Source of the DNA: Spirochaetia bacterium
GTDB lineage: Bacteria > Spirochaetota > Spirochaetia > WTKD01 > G963693115
Direction: 5' to 3'
Assembly (NCBI GenBank): GCA_965226055.1
Contig: CBDDCA010000003.1
Coordinates: forward strand, 1-64,000
DNA length: 64,000 bases
Part shown: piece by piece, positions 19,995 through 30,846 of the stretch
Layout of the letters: each line of letters starts with the position of its first letter
How positions within the stretch are numbered: the first letter of the stretch is position 1
Position numbers and translations under genes: made by a program
Notes under the pieces: model-generated
The model's database searches: none
What the model was told of the DNA's origin: nothing
What the model saw: the letters and a program-made list of their open reading frames with translations, nothing else

Positions 19995-22841
19995 ATGGCA
20001 ATGCAATTTGAAAAACAACGGTATCAAGATCAATGTGTTGATAATATTATTACAGTATTAAAAGAGTGTGATGTATATCAAAATAATTTTGACAATATGT
20101 CTAAAGCAATAGATACCCGTTTTAAAAAAAGTATGAGAAACCGTTTAGATGTATTGATGGAAACAGGTACAGGCAAGACATTTACGTACTTAAAAGCTAT
20201 TTTTGAAATACATAAACATTTTAATAAAAATAAGTTTGTTATTATTGTTCCTCGAAGAGCTATTAAACTTGGTGTTATTCAAAATATTGAACTTACAAAA
20301 TATTATTTCTTTCAAGAATATGGAAAGTACTTATCGTACATTAACTATCCAGAAGAAGGACTGGGAAAGATTGAACATGATTTTTTGAAAACGGATGATC
20401 TCACTATTTTGATTACTACTCATAGTGCCTTTAACTCTGATAAAAATAAAATTAATCAAAGCACTGAAAGACTGTTTGAACATGGTTCTGTATGGCAAGG
20501 CATTAGAGAAAAACAACCGATTATCATTATTGATGAGCCACATCTTCTGAAAGGGAGCAAGACACAAAAAGGCTTGGAAACATTAAACGATTCTCTGCAA
20601 ATTCGTTTTGGTGCTACATTTCCTAAAGATACAAAAGATGAAGAACAACACCTAAGCAATGTGGTATATGCTTTGGATAGCATATCGGCTTTTAATCAAT
20701 ACTTAGTAAAAAGAATTGCAGTAGATACAATTATTTCTGATAGTGAGCAAAGTGAATTAAAGGTTACTGATACCAATAAAAAATCTTTTACTGTAATGTA
20801 TGCTAAAAACTCAATTATATTTAAGGAAACTATTTTTATTGGGGATGATATTGGAGCAAAAACAGGGATAAAAAAATATAATACTATTTCTGCTACAAAG
20901 ATTAACAAAGGGAAAGTGTTTTTAAGTGATAAGTCCACTTTAGATATGAGTACAAGCTACGATGTAACTGATATAGAAATTCGTCATATGGTGAAAAAGA
21001 CTATTGAAAATCATTTTGAAAAAGAAGAGAAATTTTTTGAGAAAGGAATAAAAACACTCTCACTCTTTTTTATTCCCAAGATTAAAGATTTTAGAGACAG
21101 TGACAATAAAAGTCCAAGAATAAAAAAGATATTTGAGCAAGAGTACAGAAAGCAGAGGGAAGTTATTTTTCGAGATACAAAAAATAAAATGTATAAACAA
21201 TATCTATCGAAAGATATTTCGGAAGATGGCATGCTACAGGTACATGAGGGCTATTTTTCGGGAGATAAAGGAAAAACGAAGGAGGACAGGGAAGCTGATG
21301 GGGTGAATATGATATTAAATGAAAAAGAAAAATTGCTTTCATTTGATACTCCATTACGTTTTATTTTTTCCGTATGGGCTTTGCAAGAAGGGTGGGATAA
21401 TCCCAATATTTTTACTATTTGTAAATTATCTTCTACCAGCAAAGATACCAGTAGGAGACAGCAAGTGGGGAGAGGCTTACGCATTGCAGTCAATCAAAAA
21501 GGGCATCGTTTTACCCATTTGTTTCTAAATGAAGACAAAGATGCATTTCATGAAATAAATACGCTGGACATAGTGGTGTCAGGAAAAGAAAAAGATTTTA
21601 TAGAAGGAATTCAAAACGAGATTCAAGAAGCAAGTTTTTCTTTGGTAGGTGATACCATTACTTTAGAAAAATTAGAACAGTTAGGCTTTAATGATACAGA
21701 ACGATGCTTTTTGTTTACAATATTGCTACAGAATGGTGTTATTGATCCTCAAAGAAAGATACGATCATCGTTATATGAGTTTTTGAAACATAACAAAGAT
21801 AATCTCAAAGATAAACTTGCCGTTCTAGGTATATCTGAAACACGCTATCAAGAAATGCTAGATAAGTTTACAGAAAACACCTATCCTGTCACTGATAAAA
21901 ACAAACTTCCTCAAGCAGTAAACATTAAACCAAAACAATGGGAGAGCTTCAAAGTACTATGGGAAACAATCAATAAAAAAGCAACCATCGTGTACAAAGA
22001 CATTGAAGAGGAAAGCATTATAGAGCAAGTAGCAGAGTTGTTTAATAAAGAGTCTATAGAACCCGTGTCAATAAAAATACATAAAGCAATATATAACACT
22101 CAAAAAGATAAAATTGAATCTATACAAGAAGAAAGGCTTGAAGAGGTGAGTTTTTTTAAAGTACAAACGTATAGCGATTTTATCTCCTATTTTATGAAAG
22201 ATGAAAAACTACCACTGCATTTTTTACTAAAGCTGTTCAATAAAATTGATATACAGAAAATAAAGTGTGATCCTCAAAAAGCAAAAGAACATCTTTTACG
22301 TATCTTAAAAGAAACTATTCATACAAGTATTATCAATCAGGTATCGTATAATTTTAATGAAACAACTATTTATCCTAATAAATTGCAAGATAAAAAAGGA
22401 AATGCAATACAAAACATTAACTCCACACTACTTGGAAAATATCATACTTTAGAAGCAGAGCCAGAACATTTATTATATGATACTATTTGCTATGATTCAG
22501 ATATAGAAAAAGAGCTTCAAAAAGAACCTTCCAACGTAAATAAACAAACAATAACAGTTTTTGCAAAACTGCCTCGTATTTCTATTCCAACTCCGTATAA
22601 AAACTATAATCCTGATTTTGCCTATTTGATAGAAACAAAAGATTGCAAAAAATTATTTTTGGTAGTGGAAACAAAAGGATATAAAAGAGAGGGCGATATT
22701 CCTATAGAAGAGCAGAATAAAATAGCATATGCTAAGAAATTTTTTGAGATCTTACAGCAACAATTACCTGATATTGACATACAATACAAAACTCGTATTA
22801 GCACACAAAGTTTAAGCGATATTATAGAAAATAAACAATGA
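19995..22841 (+). CDS. res: Type III restriction endonuclease Res subunit
   Basis: METGTGKT, IIIDEPH, LQEGWDNPN, QQVGRGLR, C-terminal nuclease YNPDFAY..VVETKG. Confidence 0.95.
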   Translation: MAMQFEKQRYQDQCVDNIITVLKECDVYQNNFDNMSKAIDTRFKKSMRNRLDVLMETGTGKTFTYLKAIFEIHKHFNKNKFVIIVPRRAIKLGVIQNIELTKYYFFQEYGKYLSYINYPEEGLGKIEHDFLKTDDLTILITTHSAFNSDKNKINQSTERLFEHGSVWQGIREKQPIIIIDEPHLLKGSKTQKGLETLNDSLQIRFGATFPKDTKDEEQHLSNVVYALDSISAFNQYLVKRIAVDTIISDSEQSELKVTDTNKKSFTVMYAKNSIIFKETIFIGDDIGAKTGIKKYNTISATKINKGKVFLSDKSTLDMSTSYDVTDIEIRHMVKKTIENHFEKEEKFFEKGIKTLSLFFIPKIKDFRDSDNKSPRIKKIFEQEYRKQREVIFRDTKNKMYKQYLSKDISEDGMLQVHEGYFSGDKGKTKEDREADGVNMILNEKEKLLSFDTPLRFIFSVWALQEGWDNPNIFTICKLSSTSKDTSRRQQVGRGLRIAVNQKGHRFTHLFLNEDKDAFHEINTLDIVVSGKEKDFIEGIQNEIQEASFSLVGDTITLEKLEQLGFNDTERCFLFTILLQNGVIDPQRKIRSSLYEFLKHNKDNLKDKLAVLGISETRYQEMLDKFTENTYPVTDKNKLPQAVNIKPKQWESFKVLWETINKKATIVYKDIEEESIIEQVAELFNKESIEPVSIKIHKAIYNTQKDKIESIQEERLEEVSFFKVQTYSDFISYFMKDEKLPLHFLLKLFNKIDIQKIKCDPQKAKEHLLRILKETIHTSIINQVSYNFNETTIYPNKLQDKKGNAIQNINSTLLGKYHTLEAEPEHLLYDTICYDSDIEKELQKEPSNVNKQTITVFAKLPRISIPTPYKNYNPDFAYLIETKDCKKLFLVVETKGYKREGDIPIEEQNKIAYAKKFFEILQQQLPDIDIQYKTRISTQSLSDIIENKQ

Positions 22842-23911
22842 GAGAGACTATCCCTTTTACACCACAGCCTTTACCTCCTGACAATGTAGAGACTATTACA
22901 GCCCTAAAGCAAGCAACTAAGGCTCACCAAGCCTTAGCCGAGCTGAAAGGAACTGCACATATTATTCCCAATGAAACTATTTTAATTGAAACGCTGATAT
23001 TAAGAGAAGCAAAAGAGAGCAGTGCTATTGAAAATATCATTACAACACAGGATGATCTCTACAAAGCAAAGTTATTTGATGAGTATAAAAATTTCTCTAC
23101 AAAAGAAGTAGAAAACTATGTGCAAGGGATATTATTTGGATTTAATGTTGTACGAGAAAAAGAAGTGCTTACTAATGCTACTATTATGGATATTCAAGAA
23201 ATATTATTACAGAATACTGCAGGATTTAGAACGCAAGTAGGCACAACACTTAAGGACAATAATGGAAAAGTAGTATATACTCCACCACAAGACAAAGATA
23301 GTATCTTACATTTAATGAATAATTTAGCAGAATTTATCAATAACAATAATTTTTCTAATATAGACCCTTTAATAAAAATGGCAATAATACATTATCAATT
23401 TGAAAGCATACATCCTTTTTATGATGGAAATGGGAGAGTAGGAAGAATTATCAATATTTTATATCTTGTATTGCAAAGGTTGTTAGATGTTCCTATTTTG
23501 TATTTAAGTAATTACATCATTGAGAATAAAGTGCAGTATTACACGGTGTTACAAGGCGTAAGAGAGAAAAACGATTGGGAAAGTATGATTTTATACCTAC
23601 TTACAGGCATTGAAGTTACTGCTATTGAAACTATTGGAGTGATTAAAGAAATAGACAGATTAATGAAAAAATATAAGCAAGAAATACGGGAAAAATTACC
23701 TAAAATGTACTCCCAAGATATGATAAATAGCTTATTCAAGCATCCGTATACAAAAATAGATTTTTTTGCAAATGATTTGAATATTAGTTATCAGACTGCT
23801 CGTAAATACTTAAATAAAATTGATACAATAGGCTTATTGATAAAATTAAAAATGGGAAAAAGCAATTATTATTTTAACTCAGAATTGATTGAGGTTTTGC
23901 GATGGAAATGA
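22838..23911 (+). CDS. Fic family protein with C-terminal HTH
   Basis: Canonical HPFYDGNGRVGR; EAKESSAIEN. Confidence 0.95.
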   Translation: MRETIPFTPQPLPPDNVETITALKQATKAHQALAELKGTAHIIPNETILIETLILREAKESSAIENIITTQDDLYKAKLFDEYKNFSTKEVENYVQGILFGFNVVREKEVLTNATIMDIQEILLQNTAGFRTQVGTTLKDNNGKVVYTPPQDKDSILHLMNNLAEFINNNNFSNIDPLIKMAIIHYQFESIHPFYDGNGRVGRIINILYLVLQRLLDVPILYLSNYIIENKVQYYTVLQGVREKNDWESMILYLLTGIEVTAIETIGVIKEIDRLMKKYKQEIREKLPKMYSQDMINSLFKHPYTKIDFFANDLNISYQTARKYLNKIDTIGLLIKLKMGKSNYYFNSELIEVLRWK

Positions 23912-24024
23912 TACTATATTATACGAAAAAGGCATTTTGTATAAACGAAAGGAATAACATTATACGAAAACGGCATTTTGTATAAACGAAAGTGATAATA
24001 TGTATGTAAATAAAAGAGAGGATA
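23882..24024. repeat. Junction element copy A, with two 41-bp palindromic units
   Basis: Units 23918-23958 and 23959-23999; flanks shared with copy B. Confidence 0.9.
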
Positions 24025-24130
24025 GACAAGTTATAGCGTATCCTGTGAAGAAACTGTCTTATAGTATTGTAAAGACATTTATTAAGCGGGAGGATCATAT
24101 AAACATTTTTGCTGATATTAGAAGGAAAGC

Positions 24131-24517
24131 ATGAAAGATAAGATAATAGAACCAATAGAAAATAAACCTGATGAATTTGATACATTTATAGCAAAAGCTG
24201 TAAATAAACAAGAGATACATAACCCTATAGAAAAGATTGATAAATCATTAGAAATAATAAGTAATTCTGAAAAAGACTTTATTGTTTATGCAAGTGATGA
24301 TGGAAATATAAATGTAAGGGTATTGATAGATAAAGAAAATGAGACTATATGGCTTAATCAAAAACAATTAGCGACTTTATTCGATGTTACTCCTCAAAAT
24401 ATTACTACTCATTTAAGAAATATTTTTGAAACTCAAGAACTAGAGGAAATTTCAACTTGTAAAGAAATTTTACAAGTTCAAATAGAGGGTAAAAGTACAA
24501 TTTTCATCCTGAATTGA
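24131..24517 (+). pseudogene. Truncated RhuM-like protein (N-terminal part only)
   Basis: ETIWLNQKQLATLFDVTPQNITTHLRNIF..QVQIEG, then ends in junction element copy B. Confidence 0.75.
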
Positions 24518-24736
24518 TTGAGATTTTGCGATGGAAATGATACTATAATTATACAAAAACAGCATTTTGTATAAATGAAAGCAATAACATTATACGAAAA
24601 CGGCATTTTGTATAAACGAAAGTGATAACATTATACAAAAACGGCATTTTGTATAAACGAAAGTGATAACATTATACAAAAACGGCATTTTGTATAAACG
24701 AAAGTGATAATATGTATGTAAATAAAAGAGAGGATA
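24511..24736. repeat. Junction element copy B, with four tandem 41-bp palindromic units
   Basis: Units start at 24548, 24589, 24630 and 24671; core TTATACAAAA-ACGGCA-TTTTGTATAA. Confidence 0.92.
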
Positions 24737-24740
24737 AGCA

Positions 24741-26623
24741 ATGATAGATAAAACACAAGCACAGCATCATGGAATAAACACCATAGACAGCACACATACA
24801 AAAAGTACACACAAAAACGAAACAATAGAGAAGCTAAAAAAACTCATTCCAGAGATAGTAAGTTCTGATGGACAGCTAAACACAGAAGCGCTGAAAGATG
24901 TTATAGATATTTCACATACTACTGCCAACAACAAAGGCTATGAGCTTACCTTTGCGGGCAAAGGCATTGCGAAAGCAAAAGCAAGCAGTGAGACGAAGTA
25001 TGAGTTACAAGTAGAACATAAGCAAAGCAAACAATTTGATACTACAGGAAACGTGGTAATACGTGGTGATAATATAGAAGTGTTGAAAATACTCAAACAA
25101 AACTACTTTGGGAAAATAAAAATGATATATATTGATCCACCATATAATACAGGGAATGATGATTTTATTTATAACAATAATTTCAAAAAAAATGAAGAGG
25201 AACTGATTGAGAATTTTGGCTTAGATGAAAATACTACCAACTTTTTACACAATGTATATGGAACAAAAAGCCATAGTGGATGGCTTGCCTTTATGTACCC
25301 ACGCTTAAAACTTGCAAGAGAATTACTTACAGAGGATGGTGTTATTGTTATAGCAATAGATCATTATGAATTAAATAATCTCACTTGTATTGCAGATGAA
25401 ATTTTTGGCGAAGAAAATAGGTTGGGATTAGTTAGTGTTGTACATAAAGCAGAAGGAAGAAATCAAGCAAAATTCTTTGCACCAAGTAATGAATTTATGC
25501 TTTTTTATGCTAAAAATGAAAAAAAATGTAATTTCAATACTGTAGCCATAGATCATAAAGTAGTTGAAACTTTTGATAAAGAAGATAAGTATGGAAAATA
25601 TAGACTAAATAATTATCTAAGAACGGGAGGTGGTGATACTGATTTGCGAATAAATAAACCAGAGTTTTTTTATCCTATTTATGTAAGTGAGAATTTACAA
25701 ATTATAAGTTTGGATAAAATAGAAGGATATTATGAGGTATTACCAGTTACAAACGGAAAGCAAGAGAGAACATGGAAAACAAAAAAGAAACTTTTTACCA
25801 AAATATGTTAGCAGGAAACATTATAGTAAAAAAAGAAAATGATAAAATTCAAATTTATGAAAAGTACAGAGAACAACAGATATTAAAAACATATTGGCAT
25901 CAGACAAAATATCATGCTATCCATCACGGAACAAATAGAATACTCAAATTATTAGGCAAAAAATGTTTTGATTTTCCAAAATCAGTGTATTTAGTTCAAG
26001 ATATCTTAAAAATTGTCACCAATTTTAACGATCTCATCCTAGATTTTTTCGCAGGCTCTGGTACTACAGGCGATGCGGTAATGCAACTTAATGCTGACGA
26101 TGGCGGTAATAGAAAATTTATTTTAGTACAGTGGGATGAAAAGATAGACAAAAAGAAAAATAGCGAATCCTATACATTTTGTACGGAAAATAACTTTAAG
26201 CCTGTCATCTCCAGCATTACCATAGAACGCTTACATCGTGCAGGAGAAAAAATAAAAGCAGAGAAAAAAGCAGATGCATTGGATATAGGCTATAGAGTGT
26301 TTTCTCTTACCCCTAAACCGCAGCTTATTGAAGATGAAAATACAGTATTCCAATTAGAACATGCCCGTACAGGCACGATACATACACTTGTAAATATGCT
26401 ATGTGCTACAGGTAAGCCTCTGCACAGTACTATCGAAGAGAAAGAAAAAGACATCCTATATAGTGTCGATGATACGATATTTGTACTAGGTAATATAAGC
26501 ACTAACATAGTAGAGGATATGAAAGATAAAATGATTTATATTGATGGATATAGTGACATATCTTTAGAGTATTGGCTAAACTTAAATATATCAAATAGAG
26601 ATAATATAAAGATAGTGTATTAG
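24741..26623 (+). CDS. mod: Type III R-M methyltransferase Mod, split by a -1 frameshift (ORFs 24741-25811 and 25772-26623)
   Basis: IYIDPPYN and WLAFMYPRL in ORF1; DFPKSV and LDFFAGSGTTG in ORF2; junction at ACA AAA AAG, 25779-25787. Confidence 0.9.
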
Positions 26624-26642
26624 AATGTAACAAGGAGTTAGC

Positions 26643-28310
26643 GTGAAAATTTATGTTGAAACAAGCAACAGACCTTTTAGTGAAATAATAGGTAATAGTA
26701 AGCGATACATTGTGCCAAAATATCAACGTAACTACTCTTGGGATTATGAACAATTAGAAGATTTATGGGATGATTTAGAAGCTATATATAATAATGCTAA
26801 TGACAAAGAGCGTGAGGAACACTATATGGGATACTTAGTGTTAAAAGAAATTCAAAAAAATAATAAATTTGAGATTATTGATGGTCAACAGCGAATTACA
26901 ACACTAACACTATTAGTACTGGCTATATTACAAATTTTAAAAAAACAAAATGAACAAAGCCGTTTAGATAATATCCGAGAAAATTTCATCATATATAAAA
27001 GAATGGACGATCTTGTTGAAGAATATAAACTTGAACTTAATAAAAATAACGATAAATATTATAAAGATAAATTAGTCTCATTAACCGAGAATCCAAAAAA
27101 CCGAAATTTAATAGCTTCAAATAACTTATTAAGAGAAGCCAAAAAATTTTTTCAAAAAAAATTAGAAGAAAAAAATTTATCTCCACAGCAATTAGGAGAG
27201 TTTTTAAGTGTTGTATTTAATGGGTTACTATTTACCGTTATGACTATTGATGATGATGTAAATGCATATAAGATTTTTGAAACCTTAAATGCGAGAGGGG
27301 TAGAGTTATCTATACCAGACTTATTGAAAAATTATCTTTTTTCTGTAGCTGATGAACATTCAGAAAATTTGATTGATGATTTTGAAGATAAATGGCATGA
27401 TATTATCGTATCTTTAGGAGATTCTGATTTTACTAAGTTCATAAGAGTACAATGGAATAGTTTATATAAATTTAGTACAAAAGCAGATCTTTTTAAAACT
27501 ATAAGAAATGAAATTAAAGAACCAGAAGATGCAAAAAATTATATTATAGCCATACATAAAGATATGGATGTGTATGTATCATTACAGAATTATAAGGATG
27601 ATATGTGGAAAGAATATACTGAGGAAGTGAAGGAATGTATACATATGCTCAAGATATTTAGTATTGTGCAGCCTCTGGGGGCTTTGCTGAGAGCCTTTAA
27701 AATATATCCTAAAAAAGATTTTGAAAAATTTTGTAAATATGTATTAGCATTTTGTATGCGATATAATGTTATTTGTAATTTACCACCCAATCAGCTAGAG
27801 CCGTTTTATAGTAAGCTATCTCACAGCATATCAAAAAAGCCATCGCTAAACGATATTAAAATGAAATTTAAAAAATCATATGTTGATGATGAGCGATTTA
27901 AAAAAAGTTTTGCTTATAAAAGTATGGTAGAACCCAAAAAAGCCATATATATCCTTTCTTCTTTAGAAAACCATATAAATAAAAGCAATAGAATACACTC
28001 TGAAGATTATACACTAGAGCATATATTACCAAAAAAAGAACCTACAGATGATACTTATTGGAGTGAACAGTTTAGGAATTCAAAGCAACAAGATATTGAG
28101 AAATTAGGAAATTTTACTCTCTTACGAAAGAAAGACAATGAAAAAGCAAGCAATGGTTCTTTTGATGAAAAAAAGGAAATTTATAAAAAAAATACATTAA
28201 AAATTTTACAAAAGATTTGTGAGTATAAAGATTGGAATCATAAGAGTATTTTAGACTATCAGCATTGGCTAGCAGACATAGCGGTAGAAAAATGGAATAT
28301 TCAATTTTAG
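26643..28310 (+). CDS. DUF262-DUF1524 (GmrSD-like) HNH nuclease
   Basis: VPKYQRNYSW, IIDGQQRITT, IFETLNARG, LEHILP...LGNFTLL...N. Confidence 0.92.
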   Translation: MKIYVETSNRPFSEIIGNSKRYIVPKYQRNYSWDYEQLEDLWDDLEAIYNNANDKEREEHYMGYLVLKEIQKNNKFEIIDGQQRITTLTLLVLAILQILKKQNEQSRLDNIRENFIIYKRMDDLVEEYKLELNKNNDKYYKDKLVSLTENPKNRNLIASNNLLREAKKFFQKKLEEKNLSPQQLGEFLSVVFNGLLFTVMTIDDDVNAYKIFETLNARGVELSIPDLLKNYLFSVADEHSENLIDDFEDKWHDIIVSLGDSDFTKFIRVQWNSLYKFSTKADLFKTIRNEIKEPEDAKNYIIAIHKDMDVYVSLQNYKDDMWKEYTEEVKECIHMLKIFSIVQPLGALLRAFKIYPKKDFEKFCKYVLAFCMRYNVICNLPPNQLEPFYSKLSHSISKKPSLNDIKMKFKKSYVDDERFKKSFAYKSMVEPKKAIYILSSLENHINKSNRIHSEDYTLEHILPKKEPTDDTYWSEQFRNSKQQDIEKLGNFTLLRKKDNEKASNGSFDEKKEIYKKNTLKILQKICEYKDWNHKSILDYQHWLADIAVEKWNIQF

Positions 28311-28444
28311 TGTAATTACAATACTACCTCTCTGTATTTCTCCTTTTGTACGCCTCTACATCCATAATAGTAATTGACTATTATACGAACAAAAAAGTAT
28401 ATATACATATATCATCTAAAAAACCATTGCAATTTCCATCTCAA

Positions 28445-28550
28445 ATTGATTGAAATTTTGCTATGAAAGTGATATTATTACTATGTAGAAATAGCATTTT
28501 GTATAAACGAAAGCAGTAACATGATACAAAAATGGCATTTTGTATAAATG
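28445..28550. repeat. Junction element copy C (degenerate, about two units)
   Basis: AATTGATTGAAATTTTGCTATGAAAGTGAT...GCATTTTGTATAAACGAAAGCAGTAACATGATACAAAAATGGCATTTTGTATAAA. Confidence 0.8.
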
Positions 28551-28572
28551 TACAGAGGAGTTGCTAGGAATT

Positions 28573-30756
28573 ATGATTAACAAAATAACGATAAATAATA
28601 TAGCAAGCTATAAAGAAGAAACTTTTTTAGAGACTAAAAAGAAAGTAAATCTTATTTATGGACTAAATGGTACAGGCAAAACAATTTTATCCAGTTATTT
28701 ACAGGATATGGAAAATGATAAATATAAAGATTGTGGGATTGAAGGATTTGATGCAAACAAGCAAAAGATATTAGTATATAACCAAAAATTTGTAGATGAT
28801 AAGTTTGATGGCAATGAAACACAAAGAGGAATTTTTACCTTAGATAAAGATAATAAGGAAGCACTATCAAATATAGACAAAGCAACACAACAAAAGAAAA
28901 TTTTGGAAAGCAAGTTACAGGAGGAAGGAAATGCTTTAAGTGATCAGAAAGCACAAATAGACGAGAATCATAGTACAGCAATAGAAAATATTTGGGAAAT
29001 AAAGAAAGAATATGAACATGGTGTATTTGATTTCTGTTTAGAAGGATATAAGAGGAAAGATAAATTATTTGAATATTTGCTGAGTAGGAATCTAGAAGAA
29101 TCAACTAAAAGTATTAAAAGTATAGAAGAAGAGTTGTTAGAATTAGGAGAAGGAGCGAATCCAAGAGAAGAATTAAAAGAAATTACCTATGACAGTAATA
29201 TAGAAAGTAATCAGATTTTTCAAGAAGGAATTATAGGTAATGAAAATAGTGCTGTTTCTAATCTAATAAAAGAATTAAAAAATGCTGATTGGGTTAGAAA
29301 AGGTTTGGGTTATGTCAATTTAAAAGAAAGGGAGAATTGCCCTTTTTGTCAAGAGAAGACTATGACTAAAGAATTGGTAAGTGAGATTGAAAGCTATTTT
29401 GATAAGACATATGAAGAAAAGATTACTCAAATAAAAAAATTAAAAACCGAATACCAAAATTTTAGGGATAATCTAAATTTAGATAGTTATAAAAGAAATT
29501 TTTTCAAAGACTATCAGAATTTAGAAATTGAAAAATTATTTAATAGTGTAACTAAAATTTTAGATGATAATTTGGAAAAGATTAAGAAAAAAATAAGTCA
29601 GCCAAGCCAGATAGTAGAATTAGAATCAAGTAAAGAAGCAATACAGAAGGTAAATCAAATAATCCAAAATAAAAATAAAGAGATTGAAGCATTTAATACG
29701 AAATTAACAAATAGAGAGCAGACAATTCAAGAATTAAAAGAAGATTTTTGGAAAATTCAAAGAAAAAAATACGACAGAGATATTTCTAACTATAATAATA
29801 AGAAACGAACATTACAAAAAGAGCAAGATAATATAAACAAAGAAATTGAAGATATAAGCAAACAAATTAAGGAACAAAATAGAATTATTAAGGAGAATCA
29901 AAGAAAAACAACCAGTATAGAAACTGTAATTGACAAAATTAATGTTCATTTATCAGATTTTGGAATAAAAAATTTTAAGATTGTAAAGAATGATGAAAAA
30001 ACTTATAAAATTGAAAGAACAGGAGAAGATGAAATTAATAAAATTGAGAGAACGGGAGAAGATGAAAATAAATTTAAATCACTAAGTGAAGGAGAAAAAA
30101 CCGTTATCAGCTTTTTGTATTTTGTAGAGTTATGTATTGGAAAAGAAAATACAGAAGACATTAAAGAAAAAATTGTTGTAATTGATGACCCTATGTCAAG
30201 TTTATCCCATATGTATGTCTTCAATGTAGCACAGCTTATTAAAACACATTTTACAAAAAACAGTGACAAAAAGAGCGAGGTTAAACAATGTTTTATTTTG
30301 ACGCATAGTCTATATTTTTTCTATGAACTAATGGATAAAAAAAAGAAGGAGGAAGAAGAAAAACAAGGGTTATTTAGAATTACCAAATCAGATAGCAGTA
30401 AGATTGAAGAAATGAAACGTAATGAAATCCAAAATGAATATGATTCTTACTGGGATATAGTGAAAACAGCAAATGAAGCAAATAGATTTATAGTAGCTAA
30501 TGCTATGAGAAATATCATAGAGCATTTTTTTTGTTTCGTTGATAAAGAAGAAAGTATAAATAATATTTTTCAGAAAGAAGAATTTAAAGGCGATGAATAT
30601 CAATCTTTTAGAAGATACATAGAGAGAGAATCACACTCCGATAGAACAAATTTTAGTGACAGCAAAGAAATTAATATAGAATTTTTTAAGAAAGCATTTA
30701 GGAAGGTTTTTGAAGAGGCAGATTATAAAGAACATTATGACAAATACATTAAATGA
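28573..30756 (+). CDS. AAA_13 / RloC-like SMC-type ABC ATPase with zinc hook and putative C-terminal HEPN nuclease
   Basis: Walker A GLNGTGKT, coiled coils, CPFC hook, LSEGEK signature, Walker B VVIDDP, LTHS, C-terminal NAMRNIIE...RYIERESH. Confidence 0.85.
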   Translation: MINKITINNIASYKEETFLETKKKVNLIYGLNGTGKTILSSYLQDMENDKYKDCGIEGFDANKQKILVYNQKFVDDKFDGNETQRGIFTLDKDNKEALSNIDKATQQKKILESKLQEEGNALSDQKAQIDENHSTAIENIWEIKKEYEHGVFDFCLEGYKRKDKLFEYLLSRNLEESTKSIKSIEEELLELGEGANPREELKEITYDSNIESNQIFQEGIIGNENSAVSNLIKELKNADWVRKGLGYVNLKERENCPFCQEKTMTKELVSEIESYFDKTYEEKITQIKKLKTEYQNFRDNLNLDSYKRNFFKDYQNLEIEKLFNSVTKILDDNLEKIKKKISQPSQIVELESSKEAIQKVNQIIQNKNKEIEAFNTKLTNREQTIQELKEDFWKIQRKKYDRDISNYNNKKRTLQKEQDNINKEIEDISKQIKEQNRIIKENQRKTTSIETVIDKINVHLSDFGIKNFKIVKNDEKTYKIERTGEDEINKIERTGEDENKFKSLSEGEKTVISFLYFVELCIGKENTEDIKEKIVVIDDPMSSLSHMYVFNVAQLIKTHFTKNSDKKSEVKQCFILTHSLYFFYELMDKKKKEEEEKQGLFRITKSDSSKIEEMKRNEIQNEYDSYWDIVKTANEANRFIVANAMRNIIEHFFCFVDKEESINNIFQKEEFKGDEYQSFRRYIERESHSDRTNFSDSKEINIEFFKKAFRKVFEEADYKEHYDKYIK

Positions 30757-30846
30757 AAAAAATATTTCAATTAGAACATCCACCTCCTCCCCCCATAACT
30801 TCAATACATGATATAATAATAGTATATATATTTATGGAGGATGTGT

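Noticed and set aside
23918-24711. 41-bp repeats as a second CRISPR array
   Set aside because: Units are head-to-tail with no unique spacers
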